From: Octopus sinensis
Lineage: Eukaryota
Length of the DNA: 64,000 nucleotides
Assembly: GCF_006345805.1 (NCBI RefSeq)
Contig: NC_042998.1
Coordinates: 163,432,001-163,496,000 of the forward strand
Direction: 5' to 3'
This document shows positions 61,976 through 64,000 of the stretch, one piece after another (positions within the stretch are counted from its first letter, which is position 1; each line of letters begins with the position of its first letter). A program made the position numbers and the translations under genes. The notes beneath the pieces were generated by a model. That model was given only the letters and a program-made list of their open reading frames with translations, was not told the DNA's origin and did not search any database.

Positions 61976-62629
61976 TCTTTCTTTTTAACTTTTATTGTAT
62001 CAGTTATTGGACAGTGGCCATGCTGGCGTACCACCTTGAAAGGTGTGGTTGAACAAATTGACTCTGCTTCTTATTTTTTACGTCTGGTACTTATTCTGTT
62101 CATCTCTTGAATGAACTGCTGAATTGTGGGAACATAAACAAACCAACTCTGTTCCTCAGGTGATATGTGTGGTTGGACAAAATAGACACACATATACATA
62201 TATATATACATGCATTTATACAACAGGCTTCCACACAGTTTCCATCTATCAAATCAACTTGCAACGCTTTAGCCCAAAGGACTACATAGTGGATTGAACT
62301 CAAGACCACATGAATAGGAAGCAAACTACTTAACCGTGATATATAGGCATAGTTGTGTGGTAAGAAGTTTGGTCCCCAACCACATGGTTCTGTGTTCAGT
62401 CCCACTGTGTGGCACCATGGGCAAGTTTCTTCTACTATGGCTTTGGTAGACAGAAACTGAAAAAAGCCCATGTGTGTGTGTGTATATATATATATATAGA
62501 GAGAGAGAGGGTAAAATATATATATATCTTTCTGTCTGTGTTTGTCCCCCACCAATACTTGACCAACAGTGTTGGTGTGTTTACATCTCCATAACTTAGC
62601 GGTCATTATTGAAAAATAACAGAAATTCT

Positions 62630-63410
62630 CATTATTATTACTACAGGCTGGCAGAATCATTAGCATGCTGTTAGCTGCATTTCGTCTGTGTTTTATATTC
62701 TGAGTTCAAATTCCTCTACAGTCAACATTGCCTTTCATCATTTTGGGGTCGATAAATTAAGCACCAGTCAAGTACTGGGATTGATGTAATCGACTATTCC
62801 CTTTTCACAGATTCCAGACATTGTGCCCATAGTAGAAAGGATTAGCACACTGGACAAAATGCTTAGTGGCACTTTGTCTGCCTTTACATTCTGAGTTCAA
62901 ATTCCACCGAAGTTGACTTACCCTTTTATCTTTTCAGGGTCAACAAAATAAGTATCAGTTGAGTGCTGGGATTGATGTAATTGACAAACCCCTCCGCCAA
63001 GGTCAACTTTGCCTTTCATCCTTTCGGGGTCGATAAATTAAGTACCAGTTGCATACTGGGGTTGATTTAATTGACTGGCCCCCTCCCCAAAAATTTCAGG
63101 CTTTGTGCCTAGAGTAGAAAAGAATTGGCAAACCCCTGCCCCTCAGACTTGTTGGCCTTGTGCCAAAATTTGAAATCATTATTATTACTAAGGTGGCAAG
63201 CTGGCAGAATCATTAGCATGCCAGGCAAATACTTTGCATCATTTCATCTCTCTTCGTGTTCTAAGTTCAAATACTGCTGAGGTCAAATTTGCCTTTCATT
63301 CTTTCAGAGGCAAAGTACCCTAGTACCCTTTGAGCACCGAGGTTGATATAATCGACTCGCCCCTTCCCCTAAACTTGCTGGCTTTGTGCCAAAATTTGAA
63401 ATCATCATCA
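62630..63410 (+). mobile_element. Cluster of four to five family B SINE copies and fragments
   Basis: Repeated ctggcagaatcattagc and ttgcctttcatcctttc cores. Confidence 0.8.
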
Positions 63411-63826
63411 TCATTATTAGTATTGCTCTAGGTGTCAAACTCTGAGACATAAAATATTGGTTTACGTATGTAAACCAGTTTACAGTTTTCATTAAGTGTA
63501 GTAAATATTGAATATGGCAAGAAATGAAATGTTCAGTATTGTTATAACCTATACTGTCATTGGTGAATTCAATACACATACATGAAATATATATATATTA
63601 TGTATTGACAGAGAGACAGAGAGCTGTAAATGTCATTGCAGAAGTGAAATTTATTTAAATTTGTACCAGGTTCTTCTTATTTTAATGTCTCTTCCAAAGA
63701 AAAAGAGAGAGAAAAATGAAAATGGAAATTATTTAAATGTTTGTGGTTGCAAAAAAATATAGCTCAGTTGTTAAATTTGTCATCCTTCCATCTCAAATAA
63801 AATGTTTTCTTCCTTTCTGAAAGCAG

Positions 63827-63866
63827 AGAAAAAGAAAATTATATATTGAACATCAGCAAATGCTAA
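63827..63866 (+). CDS. Candidate exon, phase-compatible with 60390-60430
   Basis: Acceptor ttttcttcctttctgaaagcag; phase 0-to-1 reading RKRKLYIEHQQML; donor AA|gtaaaa. An 81-nt intron would lead to a strong acceptor at 63947 (MKSCNSYLFTKD*). Confidence 0.25.
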
Positions 63867-64000
63867 GTAAAAGAAAAAAACCATTCTGAGTTCTATTATA
63901 TCAAGGTCATCTTAAGAAATTAAATATATTTATTTTTCTCTCTACAGTGAAAAGCTGTAACTCTTATCTTTTCACAAAAGACTAACTTATTTGAATTTGC

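Overview
This is AT-rich eukaryotic DNA dominated by repeats. The SINE and LINE-tail families look like those I recall from coleoid cephalopods (octopus); that is inference, not a database result. No intact protein-coding gene can be named, and nearly all ORFs in the supplied track are microsatellite or tandem-repeat artefacts. Retroelements: a 5'-truncated RTE-clade LINE (22063-27326, minus) whose 3' UTR is expanded into a higher-order array, many RTE 3'-tail copies, at least three abundant tRNA-type SINE families, an internally deleted Gypsy element and Penelope-like termini. DNA elements: decayed Tc1/mariner copies with DD34D, DD37D and DD36E spacing, non-autonomous Helitrons and TTAA MITEs. 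There is also a ~365-bp tandem array. Several short splice-site-bounded segments suggest a long-intron host gene, more likely on the plus strand, but I cannot identify it. The most notable signals are (1) a type I hammerhead ribozyme with a complete core at 15206-15253 (minus), (2) a full-length U6 snRNA copy joined to a SINE inside a 14-bp target-site duplication, with a compensatory base-pair change in its catalytic stem-loop, and (3) the RTE 3'-UTR array together with several local fold-back duplications.
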